Origin: Moniliella sp. 'wahieum'
Lineage: Eukaryota
Assembly (NCBI GenBank): GCA_003971905.1
Contig: RSEE01000010.1
Span: forward strand, 372,001 to 436,000
DNA length: 64,000 nt
Direction of reading: 5' to 3'
Shown here: in pieces, positions 50,010 to 63,408 of the stretch
Numbering within the stretch: position 1 is the first letter of the stretch
Layout: every line of letters starts with the position of its first letter
The notes under the pieces: generated by a model
The model's input: the letters and a program-made list of their open reading frames with translations, nothing else
What the model was told of the DNA's origin: nothing
Databases searched by the model: none
Made by a program: the position numbers and the translations under genes

Positions 50010-50932
50010 GGCAAGCGTGCAAGCGGTGTGTATGAGGAGAGGGGGCGGGGGATGGGCACGGCCGAAGAAGAGGCGGTGCGCCAGATGGCGTGGTTTGGTG
50101 GGCCAACGTCGCAAGCGAGCTCTCACGGCGAGCACTTAGGCTGGGCCCTGGTAGGCCGGGTGAGCCATGCGGCCGGGGCGCAATTGGAAGCAGCCGGTCG
50201 TGCCCAAGTCCGAGGCCTCGGAAACCCTGTCACGCTCAGCCACAGCTGGCGCATGAGCATGACCGCGTGACCCAGCCTTCAATTTCAGGCCGCCGTTTCA
50301 CTCGCCGCTTGCCGCTGTCCCGCCCCAGTGCGATGCCCTGGGATGTCAAGCGTCGCTTCCCGCGGCCGCGGCGCCGCCTTGAGCATCCCCGTCCGCCCGC
50401 AGCACCATCCCAGAATAATCTTCTTGTTGCTGGCGCTCACGGGCTGGAGCACCCTCATTCCATTGGTTCCAAGGCTCTTGTTGGCCTCATCTCCGAGGGC
50501 AGTTAGCCCAACAACGCCGAAAAAGTTTTGGGCATCCTCGGCGCGCTCTTTGGTGGCCTCGGGGCGGAGATGCCAGCCGCGGGTGTCAGTACTTGGCATG
50601 GCGGACGGAGAGCAGCGCAGCCCAGACGCAGGCCTGCGCAGACAGGCACAGACCCGCATAGAACCCCGGCGCACCCCAGTGTTGTCCGGGACCCTTCCGC
50701 CTCATGTGAATCCCGTCACGTGACGCGTCACTAGCCTCCAAGGCGCTTTTTAGATTTCGCCTCTCGCGGGTTCGACCGGCTCATAATAATTCCGCACCAA
50801 CCACGACGAGGGACGATCCTCCACCTTGTCTGTTTACCCCGTCCACCGTGGCTGCCATCCCGACCGTCCGCATCGCAGCCCGGCCGCAGCTGCGCGCATG
50901 GCCCCGGCACGTGGTGCGCGATGCCGTCCAGC

Positions 50933-53900
50933 ATGACCTCTGCATCGACAGATGCCGCCGGTGCTGTCGCCCCCGACGGCCCTGCTGCTCGGCCTCCAGT
51001 TGCGGAAGGTCGTGCCGTACTGGCACGAGTATGCCACCCACGCCAAGGCGCGCTGGATCAGCCGCGAGCTGCTCGAGGTGTATACCAATGAGTTCCGCGA
51101 CCGTACCAGAGAATACTACCTCTGGGCCATCCACAGCGGCGTCTGTACCGTCAATGGTCAAAAGGCGGGTCCCCGACACATTATCCGTGGCAACGACTGC
51201 ATCGTCACCCGCGTGCACCGCCACGAAGCCCCCGTCACTGCTGCCCCGATTCGCGTCCTTTATCGCAATGACGCGGAGGGGCGTCTAGTGGTGGTCAAGC
51301 CTGGATCCATCCCCGTTCACTCGGCCGGGCGATACCACCACTCGACGCTGGTCGAGATGCTTCGGCGCCAGCTTGACTTGCCCAAGATTTATACAGCCAA
51401 CCGTCTGGACCGCCTCACCAGTGGTGTCATGGTTCTCTCTTCTACCCCACACGCAGCCAAGGAGCTTGCCAGCGACTTTGCGCACAATAGGGTGCGCAAG
51501 TTCTACGTGGCCCGTGTCCGAGGCGAGTTCCCTCCCGAGCGCATTGTCTGTGCGCAGCCGATCCTTCCTGTCGATGCCCAGAGCGGTGTCAACATTGTCC
51601 ACCCACTTGGAAAACCGTGCGAGACGATATTTGAGCGAATCGCATACCACGCCTCCACCGATACAAGTGTGGTGCGGTGCCAGCCCATCACTGGACGCAC
51701 GCACCAGATCCGTGTCCATTGCCAGTTTCTCGGACACCCCATTGTCAATGACCCTGTCTATGGGCATCCGATCTCGTCTCAACAACCCGTTCCAACAGGG
51801 GGGGGGAAAGATATCGACCCTTCGGTCGCGCTGCAATCTAGTGGAACTGGATTGACGGGATCAGCCGCTGTCGACGCGGTGATTGCGGCTGCCCAGAAAC
51901 GGCGAGATGGGACGGAGGATTGGGTACGATGGAAAGACGAGGTGACGTTTGGCCGGTTGCTGCAACAGAGCGGGCACGAAATCCCGGCGCATCTCCCAGG
52001 TGTCAATGCTTCATCTGTTATCCCGAGTGATGCGAGCGAGACGCGAGATGAGGTCCTTGCTCAACTAGGGTTTCACAATCAGTCGAAGAACCGGTTTACA
52101 GATCGGATCAAGAATGGCGAGCAGACGGGGTTTTGCCCAGAATGCAAAGTACCCCTTTTGCCTGACCCGGATCCCGAGACTCTGTTCATCTTCCTCCATG
52201 CCTTCAAATACGAAACAGATCAATGGGCCTTCGAGGATACATTCCCTTGGTGGACAAAAGATGATTGGCAGGAACAAATCCTTCGTGCCCGGGAGGCTAG
52301 GCGTAATGCTGCCCAGAATGGGGAAGATCAATCAGTCTATGTCCAAATCCCCCAGGAAGAGCAAGCTCCCGCTTTGCAACGCGACACTATTGGTCAATCG
52401 ACCAAGAACGGCGCCCTTTCCGGCCAGCAGGGCGAAATGGCGCATACCTACCTCGACCCTTTGGCTGCTGCCGACGTCTCAGTTACTCCAACTGAAGAAA
52501 TTGGAGTGTTAAGCCAACTTGGGACAGGACCCGGTTGGACTCGACTTGTCACTCGTCCCGTGCTACGACTCGCTCCTGGGCGTCCTGCCCTCATTCCTTG
52601 TTCCATGGCCCTAGCCTTTTCCGTATTTGAAGGGATGGAAGACGTGGCTGAAACGGATGTGCGTCGTGTGGCAAGCCTACCGAAGCAAGTACTCCGCCGA
52701 CTCCCTCCTTCCTCCATATCAGGGGTGGGACACGATGGCATTCCTTCACTCGGGCCAGGTCGTAGTGTCGGGCGGAGAAGTGGCCACCCTCCTACTGCGT
52801 GCCTGGCTAGACGGAGAGCTCCGGGGCGCTGACCAGGCTCATCTCGTCCTTCATGAAATTGAGCTTTCACGAGTGATGGCACGGGCACTATTAACTGAGC
52901 GCCATTTTGTGGGAACGACGGGGCCCAGTGACGGTAAACGCAAGACCCCATCATCTCCCAAACAGAAGACTATCCCTACCCTCATGGAGATTGTCGGGGG
53001 TGTACACGAGCTGAACATGCAGGATCACCCGCCGCTACTTGGATCGGCACAAATCGAGTCTATTGATGAGGACCTGAGGGCCCTACCAATATCAGAGGGT
53101 GCTCTTCTCCAGAAGATGCGGGACGTATGGACCAGCCCGGAAGCCAAAGCGAGGAGGGATGCCGCCTTGGACGTATGGGCCAATGCTTTTAATGCTCGGG
53201 ATGGGGAGAAAGCGGGAGCGATTGAACCCAAGCCCGATGCAGTACAAGATACTTCATTTAAGCTATCCTTCGACCGTGGAGGATATATGCTTCCCTCGCT
53301 CAAACCGGCGGAAGTAGAGCCGTTTCTGAAAGAGGCCGTGTCGTCCTGGCTCAATGACTCGATCAAGCCTAGCGACCCTCGAATGAACTGTCCGGTCAAC
53401 TTGCACGCCGCTCAAATGACAGTTGCCCTTCGCATGGTCCCCTCTTGGCTCCAGATACCCCCAAAGTGGTCATCCGACCAAACAGACGAGCTTCGCCGTT
53501 TAGCTGCTGACCCCATCACTCAAACCGCATCGGCTTCCCCTCCCCCAGGGTCGATTTTTGCCACGATTCAGCTTCCTTCCCCACAGGACATGCCATTCCG
53601 CCGCGCACTCCCTCTCGACACAGTTGGTGGACAGGTACCTCTCCACCCCCACCGGGCTTCTACACTGTCATCGCTGGTCTGCCTCCCGATTGAGGGGCCA
53701 TCCTCAATCATTGATCCTTGTGCAGGCTGGGGCCAAATTCCCGCGGAGCTGCGCGAGGCTCTGAGAGCTACAAAGACACCAGCACGTCTCTATACTAGCG
53801 ACTTGGATCCTCACGCGGTAGTCATCGCTTCGGATCTGCTATTGCGGACCGGAACAGGTCGGGCCCTTAATCCCAGTATGACAAAGGTGGTAGATGCGAC

Positions 53901-54555
53901 CGACCCTGCGGCACTCCGTTCGTGGCTTGGGCTTCCCCATGACGAAGATGGGGGGTTGATGCAGTTGTAACCGAACTGCCATGGGGTCAGAAAGCAATGA
54001 GCGCCTCCCAATTACGAAAGTTCTACAAGGACTTTCTCCCCTCGCTCTTGCGCATCCTTCGTCCAGGTGGTCGCGCCATTGTGATGACTGTCCAGCATGG
54101 GCTGTTTGACCGAACCCTTATCGACTTCCAACTGACCCAAGCGGGCAAGGAGCCTTTGCCCACTCGCCAGCGGAAATCACGACGTGGCGCACCTCCCTCC
54201 CCCCCGTCGTTCGCCCACGACAAAGTGGACGCTGGAAAAGACATTTCTGGCCTTGCCGCCCTTGGGACACCGCGAGATGGAGCCGTCATGCAGGCTGGTA
54301 GGTGGTGCCGGTCCGGAGTCTGTCTCGGTTCAGTACTCCTCGTCTGAGGCGGATGAGCTCGGGGTGCACGCGATTGGTTACGAGGGATCCCCAGCCCGTG
54401 CTCAGGGCGTGTGGAACGCGGAGCAGCATGGCGGTCATCGCACCGCTCGCTCGGGCTACACGGTGGGAGTGTATGAGCTTCGCCGGGTTCGGCTCGAGGA
54501 CTGCGATGCTGAGAAGCCGTCGAAGCTTGAGAGCACGGCCGAGTCGGAGGCTTGA
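50933..54555 (+). CDS. RluA-family (RIB2/PUS9-like) pseudouridine synthase fused to a THUMP plus class I SAM-dependent methyltransferase; about 3-4 frameshifts
   Basis: LRKVVPYW, KPGSIPVH, NRLDRLTSG, TGRTHQIRVH and LHAFKY; then FEGMEDVAETDV, IIDPCAGWGQIPAE, YTSDLD, VVDAT and (adding 1 G) VDAVVTELPWG..RILRPGGRAIVMT. Confidence 0.8.
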
Positions 54556-55325
54556 GCTGCAACATGCAACGTTTTCCCCCTCCGTCATTGTCTGCCCGTG
54601 ATTCGCCGTCTGCCATAGATCGACTTGCCAAATTGGGGACAATACATCGTATTCTTCACAATACATCTATTCATCAGCACTGCGATGTTGCCGTGCAAGT
54701 GTCGGAAATGGTTGAGCACGTACCGTAATAGTAGCATACACACCCAGGAGGCGACTTTATAATCTCATCGCGCCGGATGGGAGAGGGAGACAAGAGATCG
54801 CAAGTGAACATGAAGTATGCGCTCCCATAAGAACTCGCAGTACGGCTCTCTGCTATTAAAGAGGGCACGATGAGCAAAGGAAAACTCGACGGGCCACAAA
54901 ATGAAGTGGGCGAGCTGGAGACTGTGAGATTTTGCAAACATGCCCATCGAAAGCAGAAGAAAAATGGATGGAACGGAAGATGAGTTGTTGGTAATGAAAC
55001 AGACGGTTGATGAATATTAGTAGCTTTTTGATGTGGCCGACAAATCAAGTTGACAATCGTGTCGCCCACATCAGTAGCGTGACTTCCATTTCGGAAGTGG
55101 AAACATGGTTGGGGCAGCGGGATTATATGGCAAAAAGCAACGTGGAGGGTGGGGGGAATCAAGCAAGGTAGGAGAGGGGTGTCTTGCTGATGGCGAAAGG
55201 ATAAGAGTAATAATGAGTAGTTAGCGGACAGAGAGTTGATGAGACTGACGCCTCATCGATCATTGATCATCATCATTTTACGACCGCCATCGACCTCGAT
55301 TGTGCTACACTTCTGCTAAGCAGGG

Positions 55326-57771
55326 TCATGCAGGCCATAAGATAGACTTGGCGAAAGGGCAGGCGCTCCACCCATGGATTTCGGACTCAAGAAGCTTCAA
55401 CGTGCACTGTTCTCGCCTCTTTTCGTTAGGGGCTGCGAGCCTTCTTCCGGGGCCGCGGACTCCAGATGTGTGGTTGCCGAACACACCAAAACTGGTATCT
55501 TCCGAACCAGAGAGAGCATAGTTGTGAAGTATAGCGGTCATGTAACGAGGCGAGTGCCCCACCCCAGCAGCAGTATAATGGCTGGAAACCAAACGGGGGT
55601 GGTTGTTACACAACACAACAACCACGATCATCTCAACGGTGACCTGCAAGTGGAGTCGACGGATTGCAGGCCAGTCAGGAGCTGCATTCTTTTCTGGGCC
55701 AAGATTGTCATGTCCGCCAAACGATCCTGAACCAAAACGAGCGCGTGTCGCTTTTCCCTGAGCCTGAACAAGGGCTGGCAGAAGTAAACGAGCGACGGCG
55801 AGGCGCTTGCGCTCAAAGGCGCCGCGGTGCCATCGCCCTACGGTAGGTGGCAGCGCCACCAGCTTATACAGCCACATGGACCCCCATTGCACCGCTGGGG
55901 TACATCAGGCAAATTAAGAAGCTGAGAAAGCTCCGGCCCAGCCAAATAACGGACCAACGCAATATGCGAGTTGAGTGAAGACTTTGTGGGGGGGCGATTT
56001 GCCACGGATCGTAAGAGACGAACGGCGATAGAGGCGTTGTTCTTGCCTGCCGAGGGATCCACAGGTAATGGCGGGAGAGAGGCAAGGTGCATGGCGGTTG
56101 AAATGGTAAAGGCCTGAGAAGCGGCAGCCGAACTAAAATACCGTTGCACAATATCGCCACGCACACCAGAGTAGTATCCCACCAAACGCCAAACGGCAAC
56201 AAACGCTTCAGCCTGGTCGGGCGGGATAGTTAGGCCCAACTGAGCTAAAGACACGAGTGGGACAGCGCAGAAGGCACCCAATGTAGCAGCCATGTCGGCC
56301 TGATTGATCGGTGTATACCATCACGGGGTGGATAAAACCCACGGTCGTCAGAGGAACTGCGCGAAGAAGCACGAGAAAGTACGAATCGGCGGACGCGGGC
56401 GTGAATCAGGCGCACTTTTACTATAGCCCGCCATCCTTTCCCCCCATCGCTCCATCCACCTGCGAACGGGGCAGCGGAGGCAACAGGCCCTCCGGTCCGG
56501 ATTGCATCACGTCAACCACCCAACCAGTCGTATGCATCAGGCGGTCCCACGTCTTATCCTCCTGTGATGGTTGATGCGCATTGGGCTGCGTTTGGCCATG
56601 CACTGGGCGCCCAAGGAGGTACCCGTTGTCTCCAACACTCGTACCATTCGTGGAAGAGCAAAACCAGTAGCGAGGGAGGCATGAAGCAAGGATGTCTGAC
56701 GGAAAAATAGTACGGGTCAGATGATGGGCAAGCAAAATGACGCCAATCAGCGTACCAAGATGCCAGTAGAATAGCGGAAAAACATCTGCTGGCCAGCTTC
56801 AATCGTCTTCTTTTCTTCCGCCGTCCATGAATGCAAATCAAGCTGATCCCCTCTAGCAGAGCGTAATTCCATCGATGGAAGGGATATACAGGAGGCCCAG
56901 AATTTTTGGCAGGCTGCAAAGCCAGAACGACCCGCTAGAACGGAAACAGCTTCAAGATGGTCCTGAGGAAGACCTGGATCGTCCTCCCTTGCCCGCATCA
57001 CCTCGTCCAAAGCTGCATCAGCCTCATCGTCCGACTGGTGTGCCCACAAATCGAGTGTAGCCCGTGACGACTTGATCAGGCCCAACAATCAGGTTACCCC
57101 AGATCCTCGTTACACCGAGTGTGCGTTTGGCATCAAAATCGGGCTTGAGGGTAGCGAGCAAAAAGCTGTGAATGGAGGTGTAGCCACGGTCATGCGCAGC
57201 TGCAGAAGAATGTGTGGATAGACAAATGCTTCCAACGCAGGAAAACGGCGAGTCAACGCCCGTGTTAGTCGGGTTCGGCGGTGAAGCAGAATAACTGAAC
57301 TGGCTGTCGCGGGTGGAGCGGAACTGAAGACGGTCCAGAGGGCGGCTGCACAGACGAAGCCAAAGCCCATCGCGGTCGCAGTAACATCCCCACAGAGTAC
57401 GCAGGAGGCCAATCCTACAATGCTAGCGGCGAACATCATGACCTGCGGAGACAACGCGGTTCTCCATTGCGGGGGGGATTGCTCAAAAGACAAAGGCGTG
57501 GCTGACGGGGGCAGGATTATGCCGCGAACATCGTAGGGCTCGTACCCCGTGCCGTATATGTGCTGGTCCAGGTGGGCGCCGAGCCAGCACACTCCGTACC
57601 GCACCCTGGGTACGAACACGAGGGATACAATCGCCGCTCCCCCAAGTATTGCAAACCCCACCAGAGCGAGGGCAAGAGTGACGGGTCCACAGGCGCTTGC
57701 ATCCCCACGGTGGTGTTGGTGGTTCGGCTGGAAGGTGGTGCGATAATCGCGATAGTCCAAGTTATTACCAT
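55326..57771 (-). CDS. mpaB-like / rubber-oxygenase catalytic-domain (DUF2236) protein with N-terminal hydrophobic helices; several introns and frameshifts
   Basis: DDEADAAL, IEAGQQMFFRYS, RLMHTTGWVVDVM, PINQADMAATLGAF and VWRLVGYYSGV. Confidence 0.75.
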
Positions 57772-58744
57772 GTCATTTCCAATTGTGGCCCATTTTCAAT
57801 TTCATTTCTTCGTCTGTTCGGGCGGCCTCTCGGCCACATCGGCTTGCCTCTTGCTGAACAGAAAAAGCCTGTGGGTTGGCTCAACGGGATGGTTGTCCAC
57901 AGAATGCTATCCGTTGAACGCTTGCCCGGAGAGAAAGCTTGACCTCCTGGTTTGTCCGATGAAGCTCCCTGCCCCCAGTGCGCTCTACTTGTCCATATGG
58001 GCCCTTTCCGTCTGCTTCAGTGGAGGCGACCACGGCGACACTCTTGCGATGATATGATAGGAAAAGATCCGTACCAATAGGCAATCTCTCTTTTGTATTA
58101 AACGCGAATACAGCACCGACTGAAGCATGCACCCGTCGAGTCCACTCTCTCGAAGCACCCTTCCATCTTCTTAGTTAATACACTGATACAAAAAGGCGGG
58201 ATAGGAATACGGCTGGTATGGCTGTGTCGAGGAATAAGGCACACACCTCACGCCGTCTCTGTTTTTCTTCTGATCTTTGTCGGTGGGTTCTTGCGGGGGC
58301 GGTGAGACGGAGACGTGACTTTTGACTGTAGTGAGATGCGTGTGACGTGCCACCGCTGCCGCCGCTCCATCGCTGAGGCGCTGGGGGCGGGCGGGGGCTC
58401 AGCTCGTGTGTTAGTGGCGGCGCTCAACTCGGCTCAGAGTGAGCCGGCAGGTTATACGAGCAGGCTTGCCGTTTTTGCAATTTCACAGTCGGGCAGCGCA
58501 CTAGCCTGCACTAACCCAGTACCAACCCCAGTCGGATGTGCTAAGGCCCTGACGTTGCCAGCCGGCAGGCGTCGTGCACCTGGCCTGTGCACGGACGGAT
58601 GGTTGCGCTGATTTGCCTCCGTGCTGTGCCTCCGTGCTTGATGCGCAGTCCCCCAGGCCGCCCCACTCGCTGCCCGAACTCTTTCCTCCTCAGTGCCTCG
58701 CTGCCTCTCCTCCCTGCTGACCCCCACCACCCCCTCCGCTTGAC

Positions 58745-60267
58745 ATGCTTGCTGCTGCTGCCCTCCGCTTCACTGTCACCGCGTCCCGCCCGCATCTGGC
58801 CCGTGGGCTGGCCACCACCCCCCCGCTCCCTGGCACTCCAGAAGTTCGCCTTCCCGCCATGTCGCCCACCATGACCGAGGGCGGCATCGCCAAGTGGCAT
58901 GTCAAGCCTGGCGACAAGTTTTCCTCGGGCGATGTGCTGCTTGAGATCGAGACGGATAAGGCGACCATGGACGTTGAGGCTCCTGATGATGGTCATGGCT
59001 AAGATCATTGTGCGTTGCTTACCCCGCATCTGATCGTTCACATCTAACCCCTTCGCCATCGGCCTTTTCCCTCCAGGTTGGTGATGGCGCAAAGGATGTC
59101 CAGGTGAACAGCGTTATTGCCATCACTGCTGACGAGGGTGACGACCTGAGCGGTGTGGATGCCTTTGCCGCCGAGGCAGTCAAGGAGGGCCCTTCTCAAC
59201 CCGAGGAGCCCAAGTCGCCCGAGGACACCCCGAGCACTCCACCCCCTGCCACCCTCCTCCTAAGGCTGAGGAGGCACCCGCTGAACCAGAAAGCAAGGCT
59301 GCGCCTTCTGCAGTTGCGCCATCGGGTGGGCGGATCTTCGCCTCACCTCTAGCCCGCAAGCTTGCGCAAGAGAAGGGAATTCCTCTGGCCCAAATCAAGG
59401 GGACTGGTCCCAATGGCCGCATCATCAAAACCGATGTAGAAGGCTATACCCCCCGCAGCGGCCCCTGCACCTGCTGCAGCCCCCGCTGCGGCTACAGCTC
59501 CATCCAAGAGCGTGCCTCCTCCGCCCCCTGCCGCCCCGGGCCAGGAAGCTACCTTTACTGACATTCCCGTCAGCAACATGCGGCGAACCATTGCCGCTCG
59601 CTTGTCGGAAAGCAACAGCAGCTACCTCATTACTACGTATCGATCGACGTGGAATGGACCGTGTTCTGCAACTGCGTGAGCTCTTCATGCTGCTTCGGCA
59701 GAGAGGCGCGTGGTGACAAGGATGCTATCAAAGCCGCCAAGCTGTCGGTAGGTGACTTTATCACCAAGGCTGCGTCGATTGCGTTGCAGCAGGTGCCCGA
59801 AGTCAACTCAGCCTGGTACGGCGACATTATTCGGCAACACAATGTGGCCGATATTTCGATTGCGGTAGCCACGCCGTCGGGCCTGATCACGCCCCCATTG
59901 TGCACAATGTGGGCGGCAAGGGTCTGGCCTCGATTTCTGCACGCACCAAGGAGTTGGCAGCCAAGGCTCGTGCCGGCAAGCTCGCCCCGAGCGAATACCA
60001 GGGTGGCACTTTCAACATTTCCAACATGGGCATGTTTGGCATCAGTCACTTAACCGCCATCATCAACACCACCCAGAGTGCCACTTGGCCATTGGCGGAA
60101 CCGATACGCGCATTGTTCGGACCCTTCTTCTGAAAGGGATGGAAGAAGGTGAATGTGATGCAGGCTACCCTCTCGTCTGACCACCGTGTGATCGATGGCG
60201 CAACGGCAGCCCGTGGATGAAAGCGTTCAAGGATACACTCGAAAATCCGCTGTCCTTCATGCTGTGA
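58745..60267 (+). CDS. LAT1: Pyruvate dehydrogenase E2, dihydrolipoamide acetyltransferase; intron about 59009-59076; frameshifts
   Basis: [63 protein letters not shown] and ENPLSFML*. Confidence 0.95.
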
Positions 60268-63200
60268 TGAGACCATCAGAATACCCTTGCCTTGCCGACA
60301 TCGGACCCGTGCGTTTGGGCTCCTGCCCGCGTCATCGACGTCACCAATTGCAATGCTGTTCTGTGCTCTCCCTCACCTACATGCTTGTCTAAGGCCATAT
60401 CTTCTGTTGCACCCTCTGCTCAGCTCCGCTCATTTACAACACTTGAGCTAGATCAGGGGATAGCTGGCTATGCACGCCCCCCCTCGGCTCGTTGAACCGC
60501 TTTGAAAAGAGTTGCAACCCAAAACTTGGAGCTGGAATTGGGGGGTGCTGCCGGTTTCCATCCTGGAAACCCTTCAAATTCACATGTAGTCCTAAACGGA
60601 AGAAGTAGAATCCGTCGCGATTGTGCCATTACGCGTTACGCGTCACGGGTTAGAGCGTCGAGTTGAGTGTAGCCGTTGAGTGCTGAGTAGTAGCTGTAGT
60701 ATACTCTGGGTCCTCATCCGCATCGGACACCAGTTCAAGTTCGGTTGAACAACGCAGCTTTTTCACCACCCCCTGTTCCAGGCTGTCGTGTCGGATGTAT
60801 CCAGCGCAAACAGGAAGCCGACTTTGCCAGTGAGGTCGATGCCCTCACGGGCCTGTCCCCGCGCTCGCCGAGTTACTATTGAAGTCCGGTTGTCTGACGA
60901 GCGCCCTGGAGCAGTTAGCGGCGTTGAAGCAGCAACACCTTCGCAATGCAGCCGATATGACCAGCACCACCCGTATGCTTCTTTCCTCGCGCCTTGTGAC
61001 CACGAATCCCCTCACCGAGCAAAACAGATTGGCCGTCGCTGTCATGTGAAATGACCATTTTCTTAGCAAGAGACACCCCCAACTCAAGTCACAATTGCAC
61101 GTATGGTGTAACTCGCTGCCTTTCTCCAAACAGTGTCCGAGCAGCCGGATAAGGGCACCAAGATGCCAGAGGAACTTGGCGATGCTCCGTCCACTGCACT
61201 AACGAGGGATGGATGAGAACAGGAGGGGGCAAACAAGTCAAGACTTTTATGACGCAGGGGAAGGAGATTGGCAGGCAAGGGAAAAAAACGATTGCTGACG
61301 GGAAATTCTGAACACAGAAACTGTTGCTCAAGACGACTCGAGAGGCGGGGTGTTCAACCCCATCCTGTGGGACTTGCGGTGTTTGGTTCTGGGCTAATTG
61401 GGGCGGAGCGGTGAGAGATTTTGCACAAGCGGCCATAGTGGTCGAATACCACATAACAAGTGCTTTTACTAGTACACATGTGCCACATCTCCGTCTTCCT
61501 CGGTTGGACCAGTTGCTGGACTTGGGCCAAGACAAGACGCGCGTTGGCGGACCTGTAGCCGCGGGCAAGGTGTGCTCATTGCAATAATGGCAGTGCCATA
61601 GTATGCGAGCAATGAACCGTGTTCAATCAGAGATCTTCTACAAAAGTTCTTTCCAGTGCGCAAACATCTTTTGTCGGCAAAACAGTCTTGGTGGCTACCA
61701 TTTGCTGTTACTTCTCTACTGTGTTAATTTTGATGAACGATGCGTTGTTGATTGTGTTTTGTGATACGTGAGGTGACCGGTGACCGGTGAAGGCGCTGAA
61801 GCTGAGCGTTGAAGTCAGGCTTGCCAAGACGATAACGAACAGAACGTGAGGTGGATTCGCGCGCGTGTAGGGTGCGTACTCAAGTTGAGTGCGAGAAGGG
61901 TATACTATCGTCGGACGTTGGACGTTGAACGTTTTGATACATTGATAACGTCGATACATATATTTGCCGAGCTGGACCGTCCAAGTCCGTCGCGCAACTC
62001 CGACCCTTTCTGGCGACCTAGTATGTGCGAGGAGCGCGGAGCAGCATGCATAGGCACGTGCGCTGGAGCGACGCAAGCGATATGGTATTAGCAGCAGGAC
62101 AGAAACTACAGAAGCAATAGGTGAGCTTTGCCACGCATGCTAAGCGCTTAGGCTAAGCTTAGCGCTAATGGGCGAGACAGCGGCGGGACTGACAACATAG
62201 GACAAGTATACGGCGTATCGAGTACAACTGGCTAATCCTTGCCTGTTATGCGTTACGCGTTACGCGTTACACCGCAGGGATTAAGCGCCAACAAGCCCAC
62301 ACCTGTGGCACAGACACTGTGCCTAGGACTGGAACGACTTTTCTAGGCAGACGGCATGGTGGCGATCGCTTGTCGCATGCCCATGTCAGCCTCAGGCGAG
62401 GGGCGGTGGGTGCGTACAAGCTGAGAATTCTACTGTGCTAGCAGGCGCCGTCCCACACTATATCGGGGAAGCTAGTGCCAGCTAACGTCTAACGCTCGTG
62501 CAGGTCCCTATGTATCAGCCACAGCAACAAGCGCATCACATACATCAGGCCTCAGGCTCAGGGGCAGGCATCATGCATCATGCATCATGCATCAAGTGAT
62601 TCTCCAGATCGAGCCCCCAGCGCCTGAGCGCTCCGCGAGCGCCTCAGCCAACGCATCCTCAGACTGGCCAGAGGCCGAGTGCTCAGTCTCAAGAACGAGC
62701 GCCTGGGGAGAGAACTACTGACACTGACTTCCTAATCAAGTCATCGATGACTGGTATCGGTGAGCCGGAACGGAGCAAGATGGCGTTCGGTGCCAGTGGT
62801 GCAAGCTGGTGCAAGACGGCGGGTGCACACGGTCGGATGTGCAAGACGATCGCAGGGTGCAAGAAGCGACACTCGGTTCTAGACAACCCTTTGATCCGCC
62901 CCACTCCCGCCTCGCACAGCGGCCAACCGCGCCGGCGTATCCCTCGCCGCCCAGCCACAACCGGCCACTGATGATCGATGAGATCGATGAGACTATCCTT
63001 TCCCGCGCGTCCACGCTGTCCATGCACTCCCGCCTGTGCCCCGCCCGCATCGAGTACTGAGTGCTAGTACCGACTGACCACTTTGCTCCGAACCAATGCA
63101 GGTGCGCTGTCAAATGCCAGACAGGAGAAGTAATGTTGGACTTAGCCTCAACGTCTTCGACGTTGCTACTGCACTGATGCGATCGCTGACAAGAGCAGAG

Positions 63201-63408
63201 CAGCAAAGCGGCTATACTCCCGTCACGCATCACGTCATGATACCGACCAGACGACTACCAAGCCCACTAGTCCTGTACGCAATGCCACGCCCTACAGCCG
63301 GTTGGGCGGCAAGCTAGGACAACAGAGGAGCACAGCTGGACGAAAGGAATTGTTGCTTGTTCTTCACTCCCTCCAGTTACCACCCCCTCGCCCCCACACA
63401 CGCCTTTC

